Of a stretch of DNA of 64,000 nucleotides, positions 38,038 to 49,846 are shown in pieces. Location of the stretch: contig CM119269.1 of assembly GCA_051294375.1 (NCBI GenBank), forward strand, positions 17,992,410 to 18,056,409. Direction: 5' to 3'. The DNA comes from Paraspadella gotoi. Taxonomy: Eukaryota > Animalia > Chaetognatha. Position 1 is the stretch's first letter; every line of letters begins with the position of its first letter. Below the pieces are notes generated by a model that was given only the letters and a program-made list of their open reading frames with translations, ran no database searches and was not told where the DNA came from. Both the position numbers and the translations under genes were made by a program.

Positions 38038-38416
38038 GTGAGGTATAAAGTGGCGCAACGGAAAAAAGAGCGCGACTGGCTACGTTTGGGTTGTGAAATG
38101 TTGACGTCTGAGCGAAAGGGACGGCGTGTTGTTTGTTCAGAGATTTCTCAAAATCGTTCCTTTTGGGTTCTTGGGAGACATTGGACCGTGTGAATGAAAC
38201 CGAGGACTGACGCCGTCCAATATTTACTTCCCCGCTTAGTAAATTATGCAAGAAACAAGTAAATCAATGTTAGAATCAACAATTTTACCTTTTGCTATAG
38301 CTTTTTCGCCATTTTTTTTGTCTTTTGAGGTTTGATTTATTTTCTTTTATTTATTGATTTGATAATCATTCCTATTTTTATAATTAATTTTAAAAAGTCT
38401 TCTCCCCATGTCTTAG

Positions 38417-38711
38417 GCTGCCAAACCGAACGAGGAGAAAGAATCGGAGAAGCCGTTTCTGTCGCCGGAGAACGACGCCGCGGGTAAAGGATTCGACGCC
38501 GGTCGCGGACAAGAAGCGCCGGCGCAGACGTCGCCGCTGGGACGGGCGCGCCGCGGCTTGCAACGTCTCTTTAGGGGTTGGTCCATCTTCATGCATCACG
38601 TGGTCAGGGATGCCGGCCTCGGACTGGCTTTTCTTTACATGACGGTGCTGGGGTTCGATTCCATCACCGTGGGATACGCCTACACTCAGGGGATTTGCGA
38701 CTCTATTTTGG
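38417..38711 (+). CDS. SLC40A1: Ferroportin exon 6
   Basis: Cytoplasmic loop followed by [27 protein letters not shown]. Confidence 0.95.
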
Positions 38712-38727
38712 GTGAGAAAGAAGAGAG

Positions 38728-38828
<101 letters not shown>

Positions 38829-38897
38829 GATAATAGGAAATGCTGACTCGTTCTTTCGTACATTCGGTCAGTCGTTTTCCCCTTCCGCCATTCTCAG

Positions 38898-39095
38898 GCA
38901 CTTTAATGGCGAGCGGCGCCATCGTCGGCATTCTCGGCACGGTCTCCTATCCGGCTCTGCGGCGCCGGTTCGGTCTCGAGCGCGCCGGCCTCTACGCCTC
39001 GGCGATGCAAATCTCCTGCCTCTCGCTTTGCGTCGTCGCCGTCTTTCTGCCCGGCTCGCCCTTCGTTTTTCTCGCCGGGCAGGGGGAGACTGACG
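38898..39095 (+). CDS. SLC40A1: Ferroportin exon 7
   Basis: LMASGAIVGILGTVSYPALRRRFGLERAGL...LSLCVVAVFLPGSPF. Confidence 0.92.
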
Positions 39096-39342
39096 GTGAT
39101 CGGACAAAAGGGGGATGAGACAGAAGTGGTTGTTTGAGTGGTTGGGATTACATCATAGTATAGTTTCAGTGGTTAACTAATTTCATGCTTGTAATCTGAT
39201 TGGCTGACGAATTAGTCTATAAATTATTGTAACGCCGAAGTATTATTTGAGGACTAAATCTTATTTGAAATGATCCCCAAATTACTCTGTTGCAAGGGAA
39301 AAAGAGTTAACGATGACACCATTTTCATCACCTTCCACAAAG

Positions 39343-39578
39343 GCCCCGCCCACAACGAGACAACCGCGACGATCCCTTCCACGCTCTTCAACGACTCGAC
39401 GTCGCTCTCGCCGACCGAGTCGTCTTCGGCGAGTCTGCTCGGCATCCGGAGTCCAGTGGCTCGATGCGACGCCGACGCCGACCGGAATTACCTCTCCATC
39501 GCCGTCATGATGGTGGGGATCATCGCCGCCAGATTCGGGCTTTGGAATTTGGATCTCACCATCACTCAAATCTTGCAG
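39343..39578 (+). CDS. SLC40A1: Ferroportin exon 8
   Basis: Extracellular loop with NET and NDS sequons, then GIIAARFGLWNLDLTITQILQ. Confidence 0.93.
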
Positions 39579-39732
39579 GTTTCTTCATTTGTTTATTTGT
39601 TTTGGAAAGTAGATTAATTTTAGGCAGCTGTATTTAAAACATTTCTCAATTAGTAGCTAGAATATGTATTTAGTCACGGTTCTGTAAACTGTGCGAAATC
39701 CGACGAACCCCGATTGCTCCTTTGTTCGACAG

Positions 39733-39889
39733 GAGGAAGTGGCTGAGGCTGAGCGAGGGATCGTCAACGGCGTCCAGGACTCCCTCTGCTTTCTCTTCGA
39801 CATGATCAAGTTCGTCCTCGTCATCTTCGTCCCGGATCCGCACCACTTCGGCTTCCTCGTCTTTCTCTCTTTCATCTTTGTCGTTACGG
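39733..39889 (+). CDS. SLC40A1: Ferroportin exon 9
   Basis: EEVAEAERGIVNGVQDSLCFLFDMIKFVLVIFVPDPHHFGFLVFLSFIFV. Confidence 0.95.
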
Positions 39890-40144
39890 GTGATTAGGGA
39901 TGACAACGACCCTACTTTCGCTAGAAAATGGGGACAAACGATGTAAAAATTATTCATTCATTCAATAAAAAAAATCTATTTTCCCTCCTGACTTTTGGGC
40001 AGGCTATGATGGGTTATGGCTGCCTCCCTTTCACATAACGTTGCGGGACTGCAAGCTTTCGATCAAGACTCTGTTTAATTCATTAACTTCAAAAGTACTT
40101 TTAATTTTTATTAAATTCATTTTCGCAATTGTGTCGATTATCAG

Positions 40145-40311
40145 GCGGCTGCCTCTACGCTTCCTACGCGAGACGGAGCCGGGGCGGATCGATTCTCTTG
40201 AAGGAAGCCTGCTGCTGCGGAGACCACGAAGACGCGATCACGCAACAGCGAGTCGTCCACCTCGAAGCCCTAGATAAGAAGGAAGTCAACCAGGAGTCGG
40301 TCGTCGTCTAA
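40145..40311 (+). CDS. SLC40A1: Ferroportin exon 10 (last)
   Basis: GCLYASYARR...ESVVV* with a phase-1 acceptor cag at 40142-40144. Confidence 0.88.
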
Positions 40312-41348
40312 AGCGTCGAATCCAACGTTCGACTTTGAGACATTTGAAAGCCTCCAATCCCACCGCGCGAACAAACAATGTCCTTTTCTTTTGTTTTCAA
40401 AAAATATCGTCGTCTTCTTTAATCGCGTCACGCTGTCTGGATCAAATCTTCCGTCTTTATTATCGCCGCATTTTTGTACAATTTATGAATCAAACAAAGA
40501 ATACTAATTTGTTACGGAGATGATATTATTGTTACGAAGCAATATTTTTTTTTATTTTAGTGTTAGCTAGACAATGTCCAAAGTCAAGGGCCAAGTAAGC
40601 TTATTTATTCATTGAATACTTGGATAAGTTTTATATAGGATGTACCAGTTTCATAATATGTTAACAATGTCATAAACACCTCTTTTTAAGTTTTAACATT
40701 AGAAGTTATATGAAATACGTACGGAATTTTTTTTTTTTTCGCAAAAAGTAGATGTTTCGATTTGTGTTATTTGTAATTTGAGGTCATTATATTCACAATC
40801 ACGACGAAACAATAATAGTAATAATAAGGAAATGACAACGAGGGATAATTTTCGATTGAATAGCACTAATCGCGACAATATGGGGAAAAATTTATAGTTT
40901 TTTTGATTATCTGCTCTGTTTTTTTAACAATTTCCTTAGTATCGATTTTCTTTATTTGTTTTAGGCGTTATGGCATGTAAAACAAAATTCAACAGAACGC
41001 TAAAATAATTTTTTTTTTAAATAAGATGTTTCATTTGAGTATAAGATTTAAATGTGCAAGGAGGCAGATTTAGTTTTTTATTTGAAAACATTTTTACAAA
41101 GAATTCATTTTGCCATGACTCGTACTCGATGCGCTCGTGCCCGCTCGCACATTTTTGCAAATGGTCGCAAAGTCGTTCACATTATGGTTCATGACGACAA
41201 TTCCGAAGAATTTTTGTGTCACTGCCGACCGATTCGCCATTTTAAGGTCTACGTTTTGTTGGTTTTTGTTTTTTGTTTGTTCGTTAGTTTGTAAAATAAT
41301 TTTTTGAACATTCACTCTCGCGACGATCATTCCCTTTTGTTGATTTCT

Positions 41349-41548
41349 TCAGGTCTCCTTCCGTCGCCGTCCTCGTTGTCGATTCCTCGGATGTTTTCGC
41401 GGCCTTCCGCCAGAGTGATGATGATTTCCGATGCTCTTTTTTCCGGATTCCAGCCCGTAACCGTAGTCGACGACATAGGGTTTAATTTTCATCGTTGCCG
41501 ATTTCAAACTATAGTGAAAATCCCTTTTCCAATCGTACCAAATAATGC
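41349..41548 (-). CDS. Fibrinogen-related (FReD) protein, last exon
   Basis: IIWYDWKRDFHYSLKSATMKIKP is the C-terminal FReD motif; it is followed by a basic tail and TGA. Confidence 0.88.
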
Positions 41549-41630
41549 CTAAAAGATGAAAAACCAAAATTAGACATTTGGCTGTGAGACAGAGACAGAG
41601 AGACGAGAATTAATCAGTTAATCAAATAAC

Positions 41631-41773
41631 TTTTTCCGTATGGAGCGGAGCCTCCGGGAAAGTATCCCCCGTTAAGGTTGACGCGGTCCTGACAATTTCG
41701 GAACCACCAACCGCCCGTCGTCGCTCGAGCGCAATTCTCCAGAGCGTCGAAGTCGTTGTCCACGTCGCGAGTC
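41631..41773 (-). CDS. FReD protein exon 10
   Basis: TRDVDNDFDALENCARATTGGWWFRNCQDRVNLNG (Ca-binding loop and GGWW motif). Confidence 0.9.
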
Positions 41774-41884
41774 CTTGACGGAACGGAAGAGGGCGTGGTG
41801 CGAGGGGGGAAAAGCAAAAGAAAAACGGTATTTAAAGTGAAGTAAGTAATAAATTAAATTGAAAGCTGGTTTCAAGTATACTAG

Positions 41885-42501
41885 TAGGGACCAACTCCAG
41901 AGATAATATAAAATTTCGACTATTAGCAAAGTACTTTTAGTTGTCTTGACTAAATATTTAAACAATCATTTTCAAAAAAAAATTATATTATACGTCTTGA
42001 TTAATACATTAAATATTACTTGTCTTTTTTAATATTATAAAATTTTTTTTAGAAATCTTAAAATTTTTTGATGGATTCTGATAGAGCATTAAAAGTTAAA
42101 TAAGAAATATAATTACAGCTTTTAAAATTTTTACGTTTTCTATGTGAAAAATAAAAAAAACTGATAAAATCATCGAAGAGTGATGATGATGATGATTTTT
42201 TTACGGTTTTTTCTTATTTTTGACTCACTTATCATAAAAATATTTAAAAAAGAATTATATACTTTGTGTAGACAACTTTTTATGAGCTATCTGAATCTGG
42301 TCTTAAAATTTAAAAAATTATCAAAAAAAAATTTTGGCCTTTCTATTTATAAATAAATATTAAAAAATTAATTATTTGGGTATAGAGCCACATAAGAAAT
42401 GTTTTGTCCATTGAAAGTATACTTAAAAATGTATAAATTTTCGTTTGAGCATATAATCATTCTAAATTTTTGATTCACTCCATTGAGTGGGGTTACCCCT
42501 A
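41885..42501. mobile_element. Putative hAT-like MITE in a FReD intron
   Basis: Ends TAGGG...CCCTA flanked by the duplication atactag (41878-41884, 42502-42508). Internal motifs ttctgatagagc and tatctgaatctg recur at about 44970-45060. Confidence 0.45.
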
Positions 42502-42568
42502 ATACTAGTACTTCTGCCGTTATGCTCTTCCTTTCAGCCCGAATTTTTTTTTCGTCTCTCTCTCTCTA

Positions 42569-42643
<75 letters not shown>

Positions 42644-42678
42644 CGAAAATCATCCCCCCCTCTCCCCTAATTTCTCAC

Positions 42679-42877
42679 GAGAATTTCATTTGGCTCTGCG
42701 CCTCAAATCCGTCCATTTCGAAGATGTCCTCGATGGCGGCGTTTTTTTTAGAGTCGCCGGCGGGGTTGACGCCGCCGCTCCGCCGCCACCTGCTCCGCGC
42801 CGCTGCTCCCGCCGATTCTGCCGCTGGCGTGGGTTTTGCTTTTGCTCTGCAACTCTTTAATCACCGTCAGCTTGAAT
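42679..42877 (-). CDS. FReD protein exon 9 (apparent frameshift in a GC-rich run)
   Basis: Starts FKLTV and ends AGDS...QMKFS|gtgag. Its length of 199 nt is not compatible with phase 2/2 boundaries. Confidence 0.75.
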
Positions 42878-43104
42878 CTGTGATTTTTTTAAAAATGAGA
42901 AGAGGATAGTCTTAATCATAAATAATTGCATGATCAGCTTTATGCATTGCGTTGTATGTATGCACGCATGAGCTTGAGATCGATTTAATTAACAGAAAAA
43001 ACCCATTCGGGGAAAATACTTGGAACCAACCGGGGAGACCTTCGTAAAAGCCCATGAGTGGTTTTTATATGTTTTTCAAAGCACATTTGTAGTCGGGCAT
43101 TGCC

Positions 43105-43300
43105 TAGGTTCACCCCGCCTATAAGCAGGACTCTTTTAGTTGTGACCCGGTGGCTCATTGAGTAAAGCCTTCATCTCTTGACCTCTAGGTACCGGGTTCA
43201 ATCCCAGCCCGGTTCCTACCCTGCGGGAAGAGTGAGGACGGCCGTAAGCCGCCTTGGGGGCGAGGCAAACCCTGGTTCCAAGCCCAGGACCCGTTCCATG
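43105..43300 (+). mobile_element. tRNA-derived SINE-like repeat
   Basis: tRNA-like head at 43144-43216 with A box TGGCTCATTGAG, B box GGTTCAATCCC and acceptor stem GACCCGG/CCGGTTC, but a broken anticodon stem. A related copy lies at 49478-49661. Confidence 0.7.
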
Positions 43301-43469
43301 TCTGCTAGAGGGAGATTATAGAAGTTACGGATAGTCATCTTCTGCCCACTTGCGCCTTATCCACACATTTTTCAAAATAAAAAAAAGTTTTTTTTCACAT
43401 TCTTAACCCCCCCCACCATCCACGTAAGGTGACCACCTCCCAAACCAGAACTTACCCTACTTAACTCAC

Positions 43470-43564
43470 CCCTCGCTCTCGTTGGCGACTCGAAAGAAGT
43501 CGTAAGTGTAATACTTTTCCTGCGAACTCCAGTCCTCAAGCTCGACCATCAATCTATAATTGCC
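43470..43564 (-). CDS. FReD protein exon 8
   Basis: GNYRLMVELEDWSSQEKYYTYDFFRVANESE, bounded by cag and gtgagt. Confidence 0.9.
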
Positions 43565-43859
43565 CTGAATGTAGAAAAGTCGAAAAGTTACAATCAAACA
43601 AAATACAAAAACTATCATCATTTTCTCTTTCTTAAATTCTTTGTGTTTATTTTGTATTTTTTTAGCTAGCCTTTTTTCTGTTATTTAAAAAGCCTTGAAA
43701 GGTAACCTGGGTCTATCATTTACAAATCCCCAAACGAAAACATGTCTGAGAACGAGCTAATGAGCGATCAAGACTTGATGACAAGTATTGACTATTGAAG
43801 ACTATAACATAAAACGTATTTTGGAAAAAAGAAGGCAAGTTCTTTCTCACCAAGCTCAC

Positions 43860-44089
43860 CTGCTTGGTGAGGAGGTGAATGTTGTCGTTACCAAGCCAGA
43901 ACTCCCCCTGCAGGTCTCCGAAGCCTCGCTTGTACTCGCCCCACCCTCGATCGAAATCCAAACCCCCGCCGCCGCCGCCGCCGCGTCGCTGCAGCACGGT
44001 CCAACCCTTCTCGCACACCAGGGTAACGTTGTGTTCGCCGATTTCGACGACGAAGATTCCGAACTTGTTGATGCGAGAGCAGTCTTGAG
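43860..44089 (-). CDS. FReD protein exon 7 (start of the fibrinogen domain)
   Basis: QDCSRINKFG...CEKGWTVLQRR...DFDRGWGEYKRGFGDLQGEFWLGNDNIHLLTKQ. Confidence 0.93.
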
Positions 44090-44415
44090 CTTGGGGTGTC
44101 GCGTTGATTGGCAGAAGTAAAAGAAGTGAAAAGGAACCGATTCATCGAAACATCTACTGACAGTGATATCGGTATTTAATCTCGACCCGACACCGGAACC
44201 CACGATTGCCAACCCTTGGCTTACTCTCAGGATGGTTTTCTTAAACTCTGGATTGCCTAACCTTCCTTGGTGGGAATGGGTTTGACGGTGATGGGAGTGA
44301 TTTTTCCGTTGGTTATGCTGAGGTCCACCGTGTCTGAACGATAATCGTACGAAATAAAAATTAAATTAATAAAATTAAATTAAAACGATTTTTTTTTTAA
44401 ATTTGGGCAACGCAC

Positions 44416-44549
44416 TCTTCTTCGTGGTCTCTTGACAGGCGGGGACGTTCTTCCCGACCAACAAGTCGTGGATTCTTTTATTCAAGTCCGCGTTGGTCGA
44501 ACGAAGCGAACGAATAATTTGATTTTGATGCTCTAATTCGGATTCCAAT
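44416..44549 (-). CDS. FReD protein exon 6 (coiled coil)
   Basis: LESELEHQNQIIRSLRSTNADLNKRIHDLL; phases 2 and 1 fit the neighbouring exons. Confidence 0.8.
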
Positions 44550-45276
44550 CTGCATAAAGAAAATGGGAGGAGGAAAAGAAAAAGATTTTGGCGAAGGAGT
44601 TTGAAACGAGTGAAAGGAAAGACGGGGGATTCGAAAACAAAGGGTCAACGAAAAAAATGTTTCAAAAATGAGAGATAAAGAGTTATGAAGTAAGGAAAGG
44701 TTTAGATAAAAAAGTAGTTGCAAGAAATCAAGAAAAAAAAGTATGTACATTTTGCTTTGGATTTAAAGCGAAGCTATAACTAGCGGTAGCCGACCAAATT
44801 CAACTTTTAATGGGAACAGCATGAAACAAATCCATTATTGGTATTAGTTATTGTGTTAAAATATTTTTTTGCAATAATGTTCCGAACCTTGAGTAATTTG
44901 CTAATTAAAATTATTATATTGCTAAATATGTCCAAAAATTTTTTTAGATATTTTAAGTTTTTTTAGTTGATTCTGATAGAGCTCAAAAAGTTACGCAAAA
45001 TATGTGACCTATTTATCATCAAAATATTGAAAAAACTTTCCATAACTTATCTGAATCTGCTTTTAAAAATAAAAAAAATCAATTTTCTCAGAAATGTATA
45101 AAGTTTCATTTGGGAAGGTTCCCAAATCAAACTTCTGACCCAACCCATTAACAAAGATTGGCCCGACTATAACTAACGAGGTAAAATTTTTTGGATATCC
45201 AATAAAATCCCGTCACTCATAATGAAAGGAGAGTAGATTAAAAAGTGGAGGACAAGAGACTTATCGTTGAACTTAC

Positions 45277-45420
45277 CTTATTCTCATCTTGTTATTTTCA
45301 TGGTTGTAGGTGAGGCTAATGATTTCTTTGTTCTTTTCAGACATTTTTCTCTCCAGTTTCGCTTTTTCGCGTTTTAAGGAGTCGACCTTCAACAAATGGT
45401 TTATCGAGTGATCTTTTGTC
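45277..45420 (-). CDS. FReD protein probable exon 5 (coiled coil; acceptor uncertain)
   Basis: HLLKVDSLKREKAKLERKMSEKNKEIISLTYNHENNKMRI followed by AG|gtaagt in phase 2. The 5' edge runs into a (GA)n tract. Confidence 0.55.
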
Positions 45421-45434
45421 TCTCTCTCTCTCTG

Positions 45435-45468
<34 letters not shown>

Positions 45469-45527
45469 CTCTCCTTCTCTCCTCTTTCTCTCTCTCTCTC
45501 TCTCTCTCACAGTCTCACTGCTCATAC

Positions 45528-45716
45528 CTGGGTGAACAGTTTGGAGACCTGCCGCCTACCTTCTCGAATACGGACTGCTTGCGGATGGCGGCGTTTTCCT
45601 CGCTGATTCGACGCATGAAGGAGGTCACGAGACTGAAATTTGCCGCCATTGTTTTGACGACGTCGTTGCGGAGGCGAATCCCCGCTTGACACGCGTCGAG
45701 GTCGTGCATCCACATC
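45528..45716 (-). CDS. FReD protein exon 4
   Basis: ttcag|(x)MWMHDLDACQAGIRLRNDVVKTMAANFSLVTSFMRRISEENAAIRKQ...|gtatga; 189 nt, phase 2/2. Confidence 0.7.
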
Positions 45717-46979
45717 CTGAAAGCGAAAATCGAAGATTCGGGACTAAAACATGTTTTTATATAAAACGCGTTCACGAGTCTCTATTGTCTTTAATTGTTA
45801 ATAACCGTTCGCGTGCAGTCGCTTCAAATTGCAATGTATCATAGTATTCTCAGGCAATCAGTCGTAACCATTCGACCTGAATCGCGCACAGTTTTGCCTC
45901 NNNNNNNNNNNNNNNNNNNNNNNNNNNNNNNNNNNNNNNNNNNNNNNNNNNNNNNNNNNNNNNNNNNNNNNNNNNNNNNNNNNNNNNNNNNNNNNNNNNN
46001 NNNNNNNNNNNNNNNNNNNNNNNNNNNNNNNNNNNNNNNNNNNNNNNNNNNNNNNNNNNNNNNNNNNNNNNNNNNNNNNNNNNNNNNNNNNNNNNNNNNN
46101 NNNNNNNNNNNNNNNNNNNNNNNNNNNNNNNNNNNNNNNNNNNNNNNNNNNNNNNNNNNNNNNNNNNNNNNNNNNNNNNNNNNNNNNNNNNNNNNNNNNN
46201 NNNNNNNNNNNNNNNNNNNNNNNNNNNNNNNNNNNNNNNNNNNNNNNNNNNNNNNNNNNNNNNNNNNNNNNNNNNNNNNNNNNNNNNNNNNNNNNNNNNN
46301 NNNNNNNNNNNNNNNNNNNNNNNNNNNNNNNNNNNNNNNNNNNNNNNNNNNNNNNNNNNNNNNNNNNNNNNNNNNNNNNNNNNNNNNNNNNNNNNNNNNN
46401 NNNNNNNNNNNNNNNNNNNNNNNNNNNNNNNNNNNNNNNNNNNNNNNNNNNNNNNNNNNNNNNNNNNNNNNNNNNNNNNNNNNNNNNNNNNNNNNNNNNN
46501 NNNNNNNNNNNNNNNNNNNNNNNNNNNNNNNNNNNNNNNNNNNNNNNNNNNNNNNNNNNNNNCTCTTTCCCTTTCTCCCTTCTCTCCTTTCCCCTCTTTC
46601 TCCTCCCTCCCTCCCTCTCTCCCTCTCACCTCTGCGCTCCGATCTCTTCTTTGCGCCCGTTCTCCTTCTGTCCTTGCCCTCTTTCCACCTCTTTCTCCCT
46701 CCCTCTCTCCTCTCCACCATCTGGCTCCGATCTCTTCTTTCTTTCTTCACCTTCTCTCTTTCCCTCCTTCTCTCCCTCCCTCCCTCTCTCCCCTCTCAAC
46801 TCCTGCGCTACCGATACTCCTCCTCTTTCCCTTTCTCCCTTCTCCCTTCTCTCTCTTGTCGCCCTCTTTCTCCCCCTCCCCTCCCTTACTCCTCTACACC
46901 TCTGCGCCACGTGGATCTCTCTCTTCCTTCCGCCACTTCTCTCCTCTCCCCTCTTTCTCCTCCTCCCCCTCTCCCTCTC

Positions 46980-47150
46980 ACGCTCGCGCGTCCTCGCCGA
47001 TATCCTCTCCTCTCTCGTCGTCGTCGCCGTCTCCCTGATCGTCTTGAAGATTCGCCGCTGCAGCCGCCGCAGTCTCAGCGTCAGCTTCCGCAGCAGCTCC
47101 GAGTTTTCCGCGTTTCCCGCGGCCTCGTTGCCGTCTTCGTCGTCCGGGGT

Positions 47151-47181
<31 letters not shown>

Positions 47182-47264
47182 AAAAAGTCTTCCCCGGATG
47201 TAATTGGGTAATAATCGTCGTAGTCGGAATCGCGACCGAAAATGGGCTGGACGTAGCGGTAGGC
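46980..47264 (-). CDS. FReD protein exon 3 (3' end uncertain, near a gap)
   Basis: AYRYVQPIFGRDSDYDDYY...ENSELLRKLTLRLRRLQRRIFKTIRE; the phase-0 acceptor matches the exon 2 donor. Confidence 0.65.
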
Positions 47265-48316
47265 CTTAGTTGGCCAGGAGGGGGGGGGGAAGTAAGGTTT
47301 GGTCGTTTCTTATTTCATATAACTAACGAAAAGAGACCCGTAAGATTATATTTTCGCGACTCGACTTGACTAATTTCACTATTGCAATCTGCCCACTTGG
47401 CAAATTAAACGAAGTGTATAAAGTAACCCGGAAAGGAAATAAGATAGAAAACGGAATAAGTACAGAGAAAGTAAAACGAAATAGAAAGGAAAGAGAAATG
47501 GATGGGGACGGAAGGAACAACTCAATTGTCGTTCGTCTTTTAACGTCGTCGCCGTCGACGTCGTCGTCGTCCTCATTGTCGTCGTCGTCGTCTTCGGTGC
47601 CAAGACTAGGATTAGATTGGAACCGTCGAGGAAGCGATGGCATCGCTGGGGTTGAGGGAGGCGGGATTGTGGACATGCGGACATGTGGAATAGTTGGGGA
47701 AGATAAGTGAATTATTTTATGCAATGGAAAAAAGGTATATGTTAATGTTTTTTTAGAAAATGTATGTACGTATGTATGTATGTATGTATGGCCGTCACGC
47801 TCTTTATTCTCAAATTCAAAAATTCTTATATGTTAATTCACTTAATTCACGAAACTAATTAAGTATTCTCGTCGCTGAAAACAACTAATTCGTTGGGCGG
47901 AAAAAGGAAATTTGGTGAGGAAGAAAACCACTGTGCGGTGAGAAACCACTGTGTATAGTAAGGACGAGAAAAGAAAGTCGAAAAGAAAAGAAGTTGAAAA
48001 GAAGTGAAAGGAGACAAAGGGCTCGAGCCAATTCGGGATTCATAGTCGAGTCTGATTTCGAAATTAAGCTTCGCGTCGGATTTTTATCCAAACTGATCAA
48101 ATTCAATTACATCCGGGTCCGTTGTTTCCTGAGATTTCCTCAAATCATCGAAAGGCAAAGGGTAAGTTCGTAGTTGGATCGAAGGCGGAGATCGCGAAAT
48201 TTTAAAGCCACGAAGGATCGCAGACTCGAAAGTAAAAACGATTTCCGCGGGGGTCACAAATTTTAACAATTTACTTCGAACGAATCTTCGACAACAACGA
48301 CAACAAACTAACTCAC

Positions 48317-48648
48317 CACCACGTCCGCATTCTCGTCCTCTTCCTCCTCGTATCCGAATCCACCGTTCCTTTCCTCTTCCTCGAAAAAGAGTTTGAACTC
48401 GATCTCCCCCTTGGCTTCGGTCAAGCGTCTGGAGACGTTGCGCAGATGTTCCAGCGCTTGGAGATGACGGGTCAGTTCTCGGCCGAAAGAGTGCGTCGCG
48501 AGTTTGCGGTGATCGAGGCGTCGAACGGCGTCGTCGTTGTCGTCTTCCTCGTTGTCGTGGCGACCGTAGACGCGGCTGTCTTGTTTATTGTTGTCGATCG
48601 TCCACGGATGTTCGATTGGGTTGGAAGGGGAGGAAGAGGAGGAGGTGA
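48317..48648 (-). CDS. FReD protein exon 2
   Basis: Open frame ...RELTRHLQALEHLRNVSRRLTEAKGEIEFKLF...ADVV|gtgagt, with acceptor ttcctccctcag. Confidence 0.7.
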
Positions 48649-48780
48649 CTGAGGGAGGAAGAAGGGGGAAAGTCAAACAAAAATATATATATATATATAT
48701 ATATGCAAATTAGGGGGAAAATAAATTCTTGAAAAATTGTTTAACAAAGTATTATTTATTAAACGTTTAAAATTAAAACT

Positions 48781-48815
48781 AGACATGGTGTTTCGACTCT
48801 TCGACTCATCAGCGA
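48781..48815 (-). ncRNA. Degenerate hammerhead-like motif
   Basis: Reads CTGATGA-GTCGAAGAGTC-GAAAC-ACCAT-GTC. Helix II is poor. Mirrored at about 56176-56210. Confidence 0.35.
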
Positions 48816-49024
48816 AATAAAAATCGTTTGTAACAAATATAACTTTGTTTTCTTTAAAGTAAAAAAAATAAATAGTTTCTTCCCTGGAAATTTTCATAAT
48901 GACGCTCTTTAATTACTCAATAATGTGTGAGTTCCTCTGATATGGTATCGATTGACTCTCCCACTAGATTTTTCGTCTCTACGATGTTTCCAACAGTTCC
49001 TCCCACAGGTTCAAGCACCCTTAA

Positions 49025-49200
49025 ACCCACAGTCCACCCCCTTCTCACAGTCACCCCTCTCCACAGTCCAACCCTTCTCCACAGTCCAACCCCTTCTCCC
49101 CAGTCCCACCCCCTCTCCACAGTCCACGCCCTTCCCACAGTCCACCCCCTTCTCCCGCAGTCCACCCCCTTCTCCACAGTCCAACCTTCTCCACAGTCCA
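49025..49200 (+). repeat. About 20-bp minisatellite (CCACAGTCCACCCCCTTCTC)n
   Basis: About 9 tandem units; mirrored at about 55790-55990. Confidence 0.8.
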
Positions 49201-49477
49201 AAGGGACAAACTCCAAAATAGTCATCCTTTTCCTTCTCCTCTCCTTTCCTCCGGGAACAATACTAATCTCCTTCCTCGTACGTTGTATCCCTTTCCCCTT
49301 ATTTCCCCCACCCCCAATTTAGTCATTCCCTTAACCACTAACTCTCCCTTTCGATTCATTGGCCCGTCTCTCACAGCCTTAACTCCTTTTCTTTCAGGAT
49401 ACCTGCTTGACTTGACTTGACTTGCTCTAACTCCCGCCAACGCCCACTTGTTTTCATATTCTAAACTCCAGCTTCCT

Positions 49478-49661
49478 GGACCTGGAACCAGGCTTGAGGG
49501 TTTTCCAGGCCCCCAAGGCGGTTTACGGCCGTCCTCACGTTTCCCGCAGCTACCGGGTTGGGATAGAACCCGGTGCCAAGTGGTAATGAGCTGATGGCTT
49601 TTACTCAATGATCCACCGGGTCACAACTGAAGGTGTCACGCTTATAGGCGGGGAGAACCTA
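49478..49661 (-). mobile_element. Second copy of the tRNA-derived SINE-like repeat
   Basis: The reverse complement shares cccgcctataagc, agttgtgacccggtgg and gtgaggacggccgtaa with 43105-43300. Confidence 0.7.
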
Positions 49662-49846
49662 CCATCTCTCCCTCCCCTACCTAACACTTCTCCCTCCACG
49701 CTAATTTTTACCGTCTCCCATTCTGTTTCTCTTACCCCTATCCATGACACCATTCCCCCTTTCTCAAACTGACCCCAACAATCGTCACTCCCTTCCAACG
49801 CCCACTCACCCACCCCTTAATACTGAGCCCTTACCAAAATCCTTAC

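Noticed and set aside
43144-43216. Possible tRNA-Lys(CTT) gene
   Set aside because: The anticodon stem does not pair and the sequence continues into a shared repeat body, so it is SINE-like.
49025-49200. Regular repeats resembling a CRISPR array
   Set aside because: There are no unique spacers and the context is a eukaryotic intron; this is a minisatellite.
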